A stretch of 64,000 nt of DNA, taken from NCBI GenBank assembly GCA_012295275.1, contig CM022665.1, positions 34,286,001 through 34,350,000 on the forward strand, in the 5' to 3' direction. Both the position numbers and the translations under genes were made by a program. The number at the start of each line of letters is the position of its first letter. Position 1 is the stretch's first letter. A model generated the notes under the pieces. The model saw only the letters and a program-made list of their open reading frames with translations. It was not told the origin of the DNA and ran no database searches. This document shows, piece after piece, positions 24,601 to 36,439 of this stretch. The stretch comes from Chrysomallon squamiferum. Lineage: Eukaryota; Animalia; Mollusca.

Positions 24601-26996
24601 GTTTTGATTTGTATTATGCACTGCATCCATCACTGAAAATGATCTTTGTCTTTAGGTACTCCATGTTTCTGTTAGTGAGTACACTGAGTGAGTACTGCGG
24701 CCGACTCTTCAAGCAAAAACTCTACACTGTCCATCATGAGCTGACAGCGATCCGGACATCAGTAGTGCACTGCAACATGATGCTGAGTCACTTGGCTGTG
24801 GCCAGAATATGCTGCCTCGAGCTGTCTTTATGTTCACATATTATTTTCAGCAAACTTGAGGGTGATTACAAAACTGTTGATGATGGAGCTGTTGTCATCT
24901 TGTAAGGGAATCCAATTCAACATACAATTCATCAATGCATTCAGCTATGGTTGAAGTATTTTTAGTTTTGTTCAGTCATGCAAAATTTTCTGCCATTTGA
25001 TGGGGTTTTTTTCTGCATTTGCTGTACCTGATGTTGATCTAACCATTTTTAAAATGCCTGTACTCTACAGTCAGTGCACTGTCTCAATACACTTTAAGCT
25101 AAAACTTGTTATGATGGACAGAGTCATGCTGATTACATCTACATCAATTTTGCTTGGAGGAGTTTATTGGTTGCCTACATTTTTGCAACATGGTTTTTAT
25201 ATATTTCACATAAATACACTGGATTAAAGAAGTTTTTGTGTCCGATACTTGATAGTATGTGTTTTGGTCTATGTTTGCAGGAGTAGCTTGCTTTATCTGT
25301 ATGGTCTCTTGAAGGGATGGACTTTATATGTTTTTCAAACTCTGATCCAGGATGTTTTTTCTGGGTGAAGGGCTTTTGGCTAATAGATATAACTTCAGGC
25401 AGGTACACTGTTGGTTTTTTCCCAGGAAAAATATGACTGGGCTGCTGCTTAAGTTTTGTTTCTTTTGAAAGCATGCTTAAATGCGTGTGGCATTTTCATC
25501 AGGAATTTGGTCAATTCACTCAAATTACAACAACCTGTTTACAAGATGCAATCTATGCATCCCAAAAGTTACTAAAAATATAAACATAGCTTCTATCATT
25601 TTAAATAGCAGAGGTTCTTTTATATGTTTGTTACTCTTTTTTCTTTCTTTCTTAATTTTTTTTTTTTTTTTTTTTAATTTATTTTTAGGCAAGCAATATA
25701 CATTTGTGGACATAACTTTTGTTATAAATTTACACGCCATTGGTATTAATAGCGACGACATGTACGATGTTAGAAATATCAAACTTTGACCTTCCTGGGT
25801 GCTAAAAATAGTCAGTTTTAAGCAAAGGCGACACCGCCTTCAGATGAGCGCTTCGTAGAGCGACACCGCTTTAGCTTTAGGGAGGTTCACAAAGTTCGTT
25901 TACCCCCACCACGTTTAACACTCTCATACAAACTACTGATTTAACACATAACAAAAACAACATCACCATTTAAAAGAGCGCATATTAATCTGTATTTGAG
26001 TGTAATTGTTTTTCATGTTATATTTTACAGAAGGGATTTGGGAGGGGCGGGAAATGGACAAAATCGGCACTTTTTCCACTTATGTTTGTTAGGCTGCTGG
26101 TACCTTAATTAATAACTTCTTTTTAATTTTTACAAATATAATCGATAGCAGAGATTGGCATTGGTCTTCACTGAAAATTTCATCAAGAAAGCTTGATTAT
26201 TAACAAAGATAGAGGGGAAAATGTTAAAATATTACTATTTTTGGTCACAAACCTCTTATGACTTATATAGCGTTTAACCGGACGAAAAAACCTTAATTGT
26301 TTACATATTCACTTGATCTTGGTATCATTTTAAAGTTGTTTACAAGCTCTACCCAACTGTCTTATTTCTTTTCAGATTAGTGGGTTTTGAAAAATGTGTC
26401 CACATACCTAGTAAATGACACTGATTTTTTAAAATATATATAAATCTTAAATTAAAACACTGAATTTTATTTATGTCTTTGATTTGTATATTTTATATTT
26501 TTCTTTTTGAACTGATTTGATAGTGATTAGATATTTCTAGCAAAAATGACTTGATAGTTTTAACAGCCGAGGAAACTGTAATACTAATAGTGTAATGTCA
26601 GTATATAAAGTACCACAGAAAAGGGCGAGTTTTTCTTTGGTTCTGGGGTTGTGTTTTTTCAAATTAAACCAAAATCGTTTCAATGTCAAATTAGTAAGGC
26701 AACACATGCAGACGATTCTTATGAAGTAGACTGATAATAAACAAGCTGCTCACAAATTTAATGTTAAAAAGCGTAACAAATTGAGAATATTGGTACTTAT
26801 TTCATAAAACACGTTTCCACGTGTTTCATTTTGCAGCTACATACCGTATCTGTGATACATTTTTCACAACAATTTTCTGATGAAACTGTAAATGGTGATT
26901 GTTGATCTGTCGGACGTTTGTACTTCTTAAAACAGAAGAAACTCGTTTTGCAATTGGTATGAACCGAAGCCGACTGCAAGCAACGAACGCAGACAT
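3610..26996 (-). CDS. LRPPRC: Leucine-rich PPR motif-containing protein, mitochondrial (about 1321 aa, 37 coding exons)
   Basis: Exons in transcript order, all GT-AG with consistent phase: 26996-26845, 23932-23787, 23594-23472, 23138-23020, 22715-22657, 22350-22264, 20935-20897, 20550-20463, 20233-20129, 19866-19675, 19290-19185, 18942-18905, 18523-18454, 18180-18044, 17561-17474, 16957-16860, 16562-16416, 16117-16049, 15646-15497, 15249-15107, 14752-14667, 14343-14112, 13768-13644, 12770-12664, 12230-12162, 9672-9582, 9295-9132, 8710-8663, 8166-8075, 7763-7690, 7086-6951, 6545-6427, 5619-5507, 5097-5029, 4482-4392, 4120-3978, 3660-3610 (total 3966 nt). The N-terminus MSAFVACSRLRFIPIAKRVSSVLRS is Arg-rich with no acidic residues, like a mitochondrial targeting peptide. 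PPR-type peptides I recognise as LRPPRC-like: [79 protein letters not shown]. Confidence 0.95.
5962..6398. mobile_element. Non-autonomous TIR element (MITE), Sola2-like, copy 1
   Basis: Termini GGGTCATTCCGTGTTAAATCACCC ... GGGTGATTTGACATGGAATGACCC with extended inverted subterminal repeats. 4-bp TSD ATAT on both sides. GRG termini plus a 4-bp AT-rich TSD fit Sola2 (family assignment is inference). Confidence 0.85.
9766..10140. mobile_element. Old diverged relative of the GGGTCATTC MITE family (fragment)
   Basis: Starts GAGGTCATTCTGGGTCAATTCA followed by CAGATTTTGATAAAA, echoing the MITE left end. Carries the same TGACCTT motifs. Right boundary is unclear. Confidence 0.45.
10249..12013. mobile_element. 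Degenerate TIR element, Kolobok-like, non-autonomous
   Basis: Left end GGTACCAGCAGGC and right end GGCTGCCAGTACC are imperfect inverted repeats. The last about 400 bp (11611-12013) is clearly homologous to 25695-26104. Confidence 0.6.
12814..13509. mobile_element. Non-autonomous TIR element (MITE), Sola2-like, copy 2, inverted relative to copy 1
   Basis: Termini GGGTCATTCCGTGTCAAATCACCC ... GGGTGATTTGACACGGAATGACCC, 4-bp TSD AATA. The CACCCAATGGGTTAAACCCGAC end lies at the left of copy 1 and, reverse-complemented, at the right of this copy. Internal duplication of AATATTACACCCAGGAAACTTTTAT (about 13030 and 13231). Confidence 0.85.
24520..25480 (-). pseudogene. Decayed DDE/DDD transposase relic (Sola2-like) in LRPPRC intron 1
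   Basis: Minus-strand translation gives, in order: RPKHIL...LCEIYKN; VITLKFAENNM*T*RQLEAAYSGHSQVTQHHVAVHY*CPD; KIIFSDGCSA*YKSKLPFYYL; HYLVSRHGENVC. This matches the DFAENY / Q-T-HP / FSDG-A-QYK / SHGK-CDG motif series I recall for Sola2 transposases. Multiple stops are present. Confidence 0.7.
25695..26104. mobile_element. Right-end fragment of the Kolobok-like element
   Basis: Aligns with 11611-12013 (TTCGTTTACCCCC, TTTAACACTCTC, CACCATTTAAAAGA, AAATGGACAAAATC). Ends GGCTGCTGGTACC followed by TTAA, the Kolobok-type TSD. Confidence 0.7.
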
Positions 26997-27007
26997 GTTG
27001 ATACTTT

Positions 27008-27020
27008 GCGCCCTCTGGTG
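27008..27020 (-). promoter_or_regulatory. CTCF-like motif in the LRPPRC 5' leader
   Basis: Minus strand CACCAGAGGGCGC closely matches the CTCF core CCACCAGGGGGCGC. It lies 12-24 nt upstream of the ATG. Motif match only. Confidence 0.4.
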
Positions 27021-28639
27021 AAGGGCATAAATTGCATCACTACAGAAACACATCGGTAGAAAACGTATAATATCGGAACTTTTCGACAATAATGGGGAAT
27101 TAACTCGTATTTGAGGTAGTTGTCAAATTTGTTCCTTTTAAATTTACTTATTGTCAATGAATTGGTTACTAAATATTTTGTATTATTTAAATTTTAATGA
27201 TCAGAATTTATATGATTATGATGAATGATCATTATCTGTTAATAATAATTAATATTTGAATTGCATAGAAAGAAAAATGCATTAACCAAGTCAAAAGTGA
27301 AACACAGCTTGATGGATACTATTGAGTATTGTATATTTTAAAAATATTAACATCAATAAACCTGCATACGAACACAGTTTATATTGATCAGATTGTGTTT
27401 TGGTTTATTTTGCAGTTATTGACTTATTCATATTTAATAATTTAGTAATAGTACTAGTAGTATTTTTTATTTTCATTTTTTTTTACTGGTCTACTGAATG
27501 AAGATATTACTCTTATGAACATGCTTCCAGATAAAATTAATTAAACATTTTCGTGCATTTCCCCACTCCAATCCTGATTAATACAAATGTATTGTAAGGA
27601 TGTAAATGGAGCTTTGTCAGTTCTTCATTTATTTATTTTTTTAGCATTCATCTGCAGTTCAGACACACACTCATAAAATGAATGAGTAATTCCGATTTAA
27701 GTATGCAAAATTATATATATCTTAGACACACACATACATAATTAAATTATAATACAAAACATTGTAAATTATATTAAATGTGTTTGTCAGGCTTTTTTAA
27801 TAAAAATACATTAAGTCATTGATTGCTCTTAACCAGTGATCATGTATCTGTTAGCACTTGATTTATATAATTTTAAATATTTATAGTATGAGATTAATGC
27901 AAGGGAGCACATTTTTTCCTTCATTTCCTTTTCTTCTTTTTTTAATATCATTTGAAAGTACATTTTTCCTCCATTTTGGTCAACAATCATGACATGCAAT
28001 TGGCTAGTGGACTTCAGTTACTTCCATTAAATTATATTTATTAATAAATCACACGGGGAAATGCTGTACAGCTGCAAAAATGTACTTTTTAATGTTGCAT
28101 TATATTAACATATTATAAATGTGTAAAATCTTTTAATCTTTGAATTGTCCTTTTTTACTGCAAATCAATCCAACTGTTTTTGAATAAATAAATCGTTATT
28201 TATGACACAGCCAGTGGTCTTCTGGTATCATTAAAATGGATTCCAATATTTATGCTGTAACAAAATAGATTTAACATTATTATGTGTCCATAGTGATTAT
28301 AATGGTAAACCCTGTTTTTATCTTATGTAGTAGGGCCCTTAATAATACCCTAATTGGGCCTCATTCAAGCTGTGGAAAGTTTTCTCAGTGATATTTAGAT
28401 GTACTGTTTTCTGTGTTTCTTTAACATGGTGTCTTCCTATTTGGTAGATTCCCAGTTCGTATAATTCCCATTTCGTAGAAAAAGCTGGTTTACCGCAATA
28501 CCTGATTACCTCTGTATATAATGAACTTGGCCTGTGCATACATCTGGTTTCTTTCTAACATTGTTCCTAAATCGATTATGTAACATCAACCGAAAGCAGA
28601 ATAAGCATTCACTACTCATTTGTTGTTGATTTGTTACTT

Positions 28640-28826
28640 TTTCATTATTTTATCATCTTCCTCCTTCTCATTATCATCATCATAATTATCATCATCAACA
28701 TTATTATTATTATTATAATATTATTACTATTATTATTGTTGTTATTATTATTATTATTGTTATTCTTCTTATTCTTCTTATTATAATTACTGTTACTATT
28801 ATTATTATTATTATTATTATTATTTA
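28640..28826. repeat. Compound (TCA)n/(TTA)n/(TTC)n microsatellite inside the MULE
   Basis: Directly visible trinucleotide runs. Source of the spurious poly-N/I ORF 28645-28836. Confidence 0.9.
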
Positions 28827-30034
28827 AGGTGGTCATTTCTAATTCATAAACATTTCCTTTCCGTTACAAAACAAGCGACCAATAATAAACAATATTAAAA
28901 AAAATAATAAATAAATAAAAAAAAGTAAAAAGCGGCATGATGTGTTTTTATTAATGCTTATGGCTTGCTTCTGTAAAAGAAAACGACAAAATATTATAAA
29001 TAACTAACATATTTTACATACGAGTAATTTACTTATATTCAGTAAATAGAATATGTGAACGTTACATCTATCATTAACTGTTCGAATTCAACCATATTCA
29101 ACTTAAACATGTTCAAGATATCTGTTACTGATCATATTTACGTTATGCACACATACATATTCACATTGTGCACATATTATACAATATATATGACATAGTA
29201 TATTAATAGTATGTATACTAAATATATTATGAACTGCAAATACTTTAGCTATGACTGAAAACGTTTATATGAAGGTCCAAATCATTGGGAATACTTTTTT
29301 TTATTACTATTTTTTTAGTTTTATTTATTTTTTATTTTTTGTACTAAACACGTTGTCCTTAGGCCTGGACAGTTTTATTTTAATATTTGCACTTGGATTT
29401 ATTCATCATGCAGGAACACACGATTATCTGAATCGAGATGAAAGAGGTATTGTTAATATTTGTGATATGGAGTAAAGTTGTGTGTGATATCAGTTATTAT
29501 TTTACGTGTCCTGCCATTATATAACAATGTCTGCACATCGTTCGTTTCAAACCTGAATCTCTTCTTGCTGTTATAACTGCAGAATGAAGACAGAGTAATG
29601 GGAAGTAGACTTCATATTTTTCATGGTTTTTCCATGGTGTTTTGTGAATAAAACTGTTTATGAAACTTTCATTACAGATGGACAATGGTTTATTTACAAA
29701 TATATGTTCTCCATGGCCTCTGGAGTATTGTGATTGAGACAACCTGTCTTCTCTTAAGAATTATATAAGCCAAGTGTCACAGAGACAACAGTCTCATTTT
29801 AATAGGTAATTGATGTTAGATTCCTTAAAAATTATATAAGTGATGGCGAAATGTTGTTTTGGGAGACCCTCTGTCGCCTACATGTCTGCTAAAGTTCTAA
29901 ACAATCTTGGCACCACTCCCTGGACAGGAATGTTAAAGAGACCCCTAAGTGGAGAGGTTGCATTTTGGTTGGAGAAGATCAGTTTTACACTTGTACAGGA
30001 CAGACATTATATAGATTCAGCTAACTTAGTGACA

Positions 30035-31408
30035 ATGGCAGGTTTACACAAGGTAGAATTTGTACTGTCAAGTCATGGAAAACAACACATTCTGTTAGAT
30101 GGTTATACGTACAGTCAAAATCGTATTAACGAAGAAACCCAGTACTGGAGATGCACCAACAGACCCTGTGTCGGCAAGATCACCACAGTTGCTGGTTTTG
30201 TTAAAAACAGCTTCGGTCATGACCATCCTCCAAATAATGCAACTACCATCAAGTTCATTAGTACAATGAGAAAGAGAGCACGATCCGAAACAACGCCTAT
30301 GCAACAGATCTTCAATTCCGAGCTAATGAAGGAAGATGATGTAGACATCCCTGAAATCCCCACTTTTCCCAGCCTCAAGAGTTCAATGTATCAACAGTGA
30401 CGAACCATGATGCCTACTCTCCCACAGACACTCCAAGACGTCGATCTGCAGGGTCCGTGGTCACAAACACATGACGGCAAGAGATTTTTGCTATTCAGTG
30501 ATGGTGACGCAGATAAGATGGTTGTCTTCTCTACAGAAAATCAACTGAGGCTTCTCCAAGAAGTGGACAAAATCTATATGGATGGTACATTCTCCTGCTG
30601 TCCACATCTCTGGAACCAACTCTACATTCTGCATGCTCGTAAAGATGACATGACCTACCCACTGGCGTATGCCTTGCTTCCAGACCGACAGACTACCAAC
30701 TGCGTCCGTCTGTTTGAGAACCTGAAGACCCACATTCAGCGCCTGTTCAGTCGAGTATTGGATCCCACATGTGTACAAACAGACTTTGAAATGGCAGCTA
30801 TCCGTGCAGTGGAACAGTTGTTTCCTAATGCAGATATCAAAGGCTGCATGTTACACTACACACAGGCCATTTGACGCAAGATCCAACAGATAGGCCTAGC
30901 CGAACAGTATAAGAACGATAATGCCGTGAAAACCTGGGTGAGAAGAGCTGCTGGTCTGCCACTACTTCCGATCATCGAGGTCCAGAACACATGGTTGGAT
31001 GCAATGGAAACCACCCCAGCAGTACCCAGAGCTGCAGAATTCAACGATTATGTAGTGAAAACATGGGTAGATGATGATGCACGATTTCCTCTTGTCATGT
31101 GGAATCATTTCACCAATGCTGGCCCAAGAATGAACAAAAATCTGGAAGGCTTCCATTCGCGGGTCAACAGGATGCTTCCTCATCGACATCCGAACATCTA
31201 ACGATTTGTTGATTTGATAAAGGGCATTGAGAAATGCAAAAGAGCGAAGCTGGTGCAGTTGAATGCTGGGGCTGCGCCACCACCAAGGAAGAGGGTCTAT
31301 CGTGATCTTGACAACAGAGTCAGTCGACTCAAGCAGCAGCTGACTGACAGAACCAAGACACCTATGCAGTACCTGGACGCCATTGGTCATCTCATGAAGT
31401 TGCATTGA
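30035..31408 (+). pseudogene. FLYWCH + MULE DDE transposase, single frame with three premature stops
   Basis: ORF-track pieces at 29840, 30407, 30926 and 31214 are all in one frame. FLYWCH finger LDGYTYSQ..YWRC..C..HDH, then MDGTF, QLYILH, YALLP, TDFE, GCMLHY, NLEGFH, HPNI. Stops: TGA 30398-30400, TGA 30872-30874, TAA 31199-31201. Confidence 0.93.
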
Positions 31409-33682
31409 TAGCTTTTTGGAAAATAAATTTGTTTAGATGAATACCTTCTTTTTTAATTATTTATATTCGATACATTCGATACATGGATTATTTCGATATT
31501 TGTCATATTTGCATACAATAATACCTCAGATTAAAGATGTAATTGGTTCCAAATTTTCTATAATGAAGTGAGGTATCATTAAGTGAGAGACTAATTTAAG
31601 TAGAATTAAGGTTAAAAGCAGTGGTTACTTTCTTGCTGATGATATCTGACATAAAAAAAAAAGGTGAAATAAGGAGAAATAAAACGGCAGTTTAGACATA
31701 AATGATTTAATAGACTGTAGTTATTAAGTAAACAGTAAATCATTTACAAATCAATTTATACAAATACATTAAGAAATAATTATATGCCGCTCATTGTGGG
31801 TTTGGTTTCATTTAAGATAATGTATTTTGTTTCTAAAGTTTATGTCTTCCGTTTCTTTTTATCATCAGCATTTGCCGGTATCGTGTTATTCGTTTTGACA
31901 TATTGGAAGGGTATATTACAAACGAGTTTAAGTCTAAATCAAAGCAGAAAACAAAAGAGTATCAGAATATCAGATGCACGTATGACGTATCAACTGATCA
32001 ACACAGCTGATAGAAGCTCGTGAATGAACGAAAAATTAAAGAAAACGGACTTAAAAACATGCATTGTATACATTTATATCATTTATTTCGAGCAATTAAC
32101 TATTAAATTAAATTTCTATTTATATAATTTGTAAAGAAGAAAGATTGTTACTGTATTTGTACAATAATAATCGCTTTCCAAATAATCTGGAGCAGTTCAT
32201 TAAAATGACTGAGGTAAAACCAAACATGTCAATAAGACCACTGAACCACATTTAGCCTTTCTACGAAATGGGATTCTACCATATGGGACTAAGCCCTTTA
32301 ACATAGCAAATTGGTCCTAACATATTTACTAAGCCATGGATTGCAATTTTGTTTATACTTACTTGTAGAATTCACTGGTAGCTATTTTTTAACTTATTAA
32401 AATATTTTATATTGTACTTTTAAGGTACAGTTTTTGAAAATGTTGGCAATATATTTAATATTTACCTAAATGGATTACTTTAATATAGTTTAACATTTCA
32501 TAATTAACCTACATATCCTTAAAGTAAGTAAATATGTTAACCATTCATTTCTACAAATATGCCTAACAATATGTATTAATTAAATATCTACTGTTAGTTA
32601 ACAGTAATCCAATTACTGAAATCACGCAACAATTAATAATCATTAGCAAGACACAAGGAATTTTTGTAAGCTACACTCTGCTGACTTCAGGGAAGTCTGT
32701 GATGTGTTTATTTAAGTAAAAGATAAAAGAGATAAAAAAGAGAGACTACAATAAACAAAGAAAAGACATGGGTAGGAGTGAGGAGTTGGCAGCCATTATT
32801 AGGCAATTATGTTGGTAAATACATTTTGTTATCATCGTTTAAGTCGGAAGCAGGGACAAATTGTTATCCTGTTTCTGTATACTCTGTCTGATTCCTGATC
32901 AGTTTGATGTAACCTGTATGTGTGTATGCTCCAAAGAGAGTTTGAGTTATATATTTATTTCTAACAAAACCTGTTAGGGAAAATTAAAAGAAATAACTTT
33001 AATAAGAATTATAGCATTTCATTTCATGCTAACACCCATGTCCTCAACCACTAATAATAACTATACACGTGTAAAATAAATAATTATCTTTGTAATATAA
33101 ATATTGTTTTGTTTTGGTGTTCATAGAGGATACTTGGTATTATATATAGTTATTATCTGTAGTATATGCAAATATATATATATATCTATTATAATCAATC
33201 ATCACAGTTTCTTAATTGCACAGTCAGCAGGTCCACCAAAGGCACAAACAGAAAAACAATGATATTTTTAAGCAGCAGTTATGAAAAAAAGAAAATGCAA
33301 AAATTTAACTTTAGAAAATTTGTTTTATTAGTTACTAAATTTTTTTTTTAATTATGTTTTCTCCATAGGACCACTTGTAGTTTTCTTGTTTTTCGTGAAA
33401 AGAAGCTTAATATAAAAGCATGATTTAGTATTTGAAAAAATTGATAAAAACAAACTGAGATGGAACAAAATTTTTATTTTACAATAAAATACAAATGTAC
33501 TCTTGGATACATATAATAATAAAAATAATAGAAGCTTCAAGAGAGGACAGTTTATAAAGAAAATATATATTAACATTCATCAAATTTTTTTGTTTTGTTT
33601 TTCAAAATATAATAATGCGTAATTAAAAAAAAATATATATTTTCTTTTTCTTTTATGCAAATGATTATAAACTAAATGGGCT

Positions 33683-36410
33683 GAAGTCACTGCTCAATAA
33701 TTAACATTTATGTGTTCCTTATTTCGACCAATTTTCATGTAAGTCACATGTTCAGTGATTAACAATCACGGTACCTTCATTATAATAATGGTGGATTAAT
33801 GTTCATGTACAAGTCTGAATATAAAATCAGAATAAACCAAAGAAATCATATAACATTATCATTCCCAAACGAACTGTATAATTTCTGATTCCAATTGCAA
33901 ACAAATCAATGACACATTAAATCTTTGTCGAATTTAAAACTGCTAACAATGATGGGTGCAAAGAATATTAAGGTATTATAAAACTGTTTGGTATCCAATT
34001 ACAAAAATAAAATAATAATATTTACATTAAGGATGAAATTTCTATAGAAACCAGTAGCAATAACAAGGCACAAAAACAATCATATTACACAAAAGTCTTG
34101 TCTTCTAAAACTGGGATGTGACTAAACCATGCCAAACATTTCATAAAATTAAAGGATGTTACTATGAAAAGGAAGTTATTTATCACTAAGAAATATTTAC
34201 ATCAAAGACGTTGAAGATAATTTATATATCTGTCCATTTTTACAAATTCCATCATGAAAATAAATAATTGGTAGATCATAGGTCAGTGAGTATTTATGTA
34301 CGAGTAAATCAGTCATGTCAAGTATTAAACTGGGAGCCAACAGAAATTTAATTGTGGTATTTCCAAAACGTTTTCTTGAGAACAGGGTTTCTCTGGTCAG
34401 ATGGACACCATCTACACTTCAACTACTACAAAATCTTTTGGAACTAACTAACTCTAATCAAATCTCCTTGGTTTCCCAATCTTTATCCATCTTGGGACAG
34501 GCATTCACATTTATTTATTATTAACTTTTTTTAAATTATTATTTTATTTTGTTTTATTATTACTATTATTCTTTTCTTTTTTTTTAAATACATTTTACAA
34601 TGAATTATATACCAAGAATTTTGTGTTTATAATTTGTATTACCGTATATACTTGTGTATAAGTCGAATTTTTGGGAGACTGTATTAAGGTAATATTTTGG
34701 GGGTCGACTTATACATAGGTAATGCTTTTGTAGCTGTTGCTGAAGAGTCGCCATTTTGACTATTTTTTGCTATGGGATGCATCTAAAATAATCGCGGTCT
34801 TTCAGCTTTTCAAAAATATAATTTTATCGTATAAAAATGTTTGAAAAATTAAATAACAAAACCAAATATGAATGTAAAACATGATATTCTTCCGTTTAAT
34901 GACATAAAAATACATTTTAAAGCGAGAAAACCGTCAGTACGGCGTTATGCCTTACGGCGTCTTGCAGTGATCTAGGAATGCAGACTTCTCTGCCAAATTG
35001 CACTAAATATTGGTCCTAATTTCATAAACAAAACTCACTTGTTTAATTGTAAAGAATATGGTGAAATATTATTGCTATCGTCATTAATATCCACTACCGA
35101 CAAATTTTGTAAATCATAGAACGGCTAAATATAACGGTAAGTTAGGTCTCCATGTTAGACCTATTACATTAAAGAGATACTATTTATGATACATTTAGGC
35201 TATAGCTCGTGTAATACATGCATTTACGTTATTATGGTATGTTCGTGCAAGTTATGTTACAGTAGGCGTACAATGTAGGCCTTCATGGCACTGTCACACT
35301 GGTCTAAAAATAGTGACGGTGCCTGGAATCTACAGTCGACTTATACACAAGTAATACCTAAAATGACGCAATTTTTGGTCTTAAAATACACATCGACTTA
35401 TACATAAGGTCGCCTTGTACACAAGTATATACGGTAATTAATTTTATCAATTACAAGTAGTTAATAAACTTTTGATTGAACCATTTATGAACTGCTACTT
35501 GATTTCAGTTTTTATATAAAGTCACTGTAAGGCACTTGTTCAGTGGTTAAGAATCCATATGCGACATCCTTATTATAATGGTGGTAAAAGTATTCATGGA
35601 CAAGACATAATTCAATATTTGTCATCTGAATGATGATTATGTACAAACAACTAAATATAAAATTAGAAAAAAACCAAAGAAATCAAACAACATTATCATT
35701 CTCAAACGAATGTCATTTTTTCTGATTTCAATTGCAAATGCAAAATAGACCAATGAAATCTTTAATGCTTTGTCAGATTTAAAACTGATAACTAATGACT
35801 GCAAAGAAATCTCTGATGCAAAGAAATATTAGATATAATATTGTTTAATATCCTTTCATAAAAAGAAAACAAAAATTTACACAAAGGATAAAATGTTTGC
35901 AGAAACCAGCAGCAGCAGCTTGGTGCAACAATAATCATAAATTACTACACACCAAGATTAAAAATTTCTCGATTCCTAAAACTAAAAAAAAAAACCCTTT
36001 TATTTGTCGATAAGACCTGAAATTGATCCAAACATCTCACAAAATTAAAGGAATGTAATAAACTAATTTCTATTCTTTAGGTGTTTCTATGAAAAGGAAA
36101 TATTTCCTTCTAAGAAAATTCACATCAAAGAAGATGAAGATACTTTTCACAAATTCAAAATTTTGATTACACTATTTTCAGTTGACACAATTTATCAATT
36201 CCTGATTATTTTCAGACTGAATATATGAAGTCACTGTAAGGCACTTGTTCAATGGTTAATAATCCATAAATGACACCTTCATTATAATGGTGGTAGATAT
36301 AATTCAATACCTGTCATTTGGATGGCTATGAGCTGAATAAGCTGAATATAACAGAACTAAAATAAGAACTCAAACAAAATTATCATTCCTGAAAGGTAAT
36401 CTGGAACTGC
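33683..36410. repeat. Three diverged tandem copies of a 600-700 bp unit downstream of the G2E3-like stop codon
   Basis: Copies start AAGTCACTG at about 33683, 35518 and 36227 (third is partial). Shared landmarks: ATTATAAT(AAT)GGTGG, AAACCAAAGAAATCA, ATTATCATTC, AGAAACCAG-AGCA, CTATGAAAAGGAA, CATCAAAGA---TGAAGATA. Confidence 0.8.
34642..35434. mobile_element. Tc1/mariner-superfamily MITE (Tc2/pogo-like CCGTA termini)
   Basis: TA|CCGTATATACTTGTGTATAAGTCGA ... CGCCTTGTACACAAGTATATACGG|TA with TA TSD and repeated subterminal TCGACTTATACA motifs. Confidence 0.88.
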
Positions 36411-36439
36411 TTAAGTTTCTTTATTTATTTTTTAAGCAT

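Larger units (their letters stand above)
28428..32295 (+). mobile_element. Full-length Mutator-like element (MULE), about 3.87 kb
   Basis: Perfect 9-bp TSD CTTTAACAT at 28419-28427 and 32296-32304. Imperfect TIRs: left GGTGTCTTCCTATTTGGTAGATTCCCAGTTCGTA, reverse complement of right GGCTTAGTCCCATATGGTAGAATCCCATTTCGTA. Contains a MULE transposase. Confidence 0.92.

Noticed and set aside
30398-31201. In-frame TGA codons in the MULE transposase read as selenocysteine, readthrough or an alternative genetic code
   Set aside because: One of the three stops is TAA. Each stop is a single substitution from the expected Arg, Trp or Tyr codon. Host genes here (PIGH, CNRIP1) use TGA as a normal stop.
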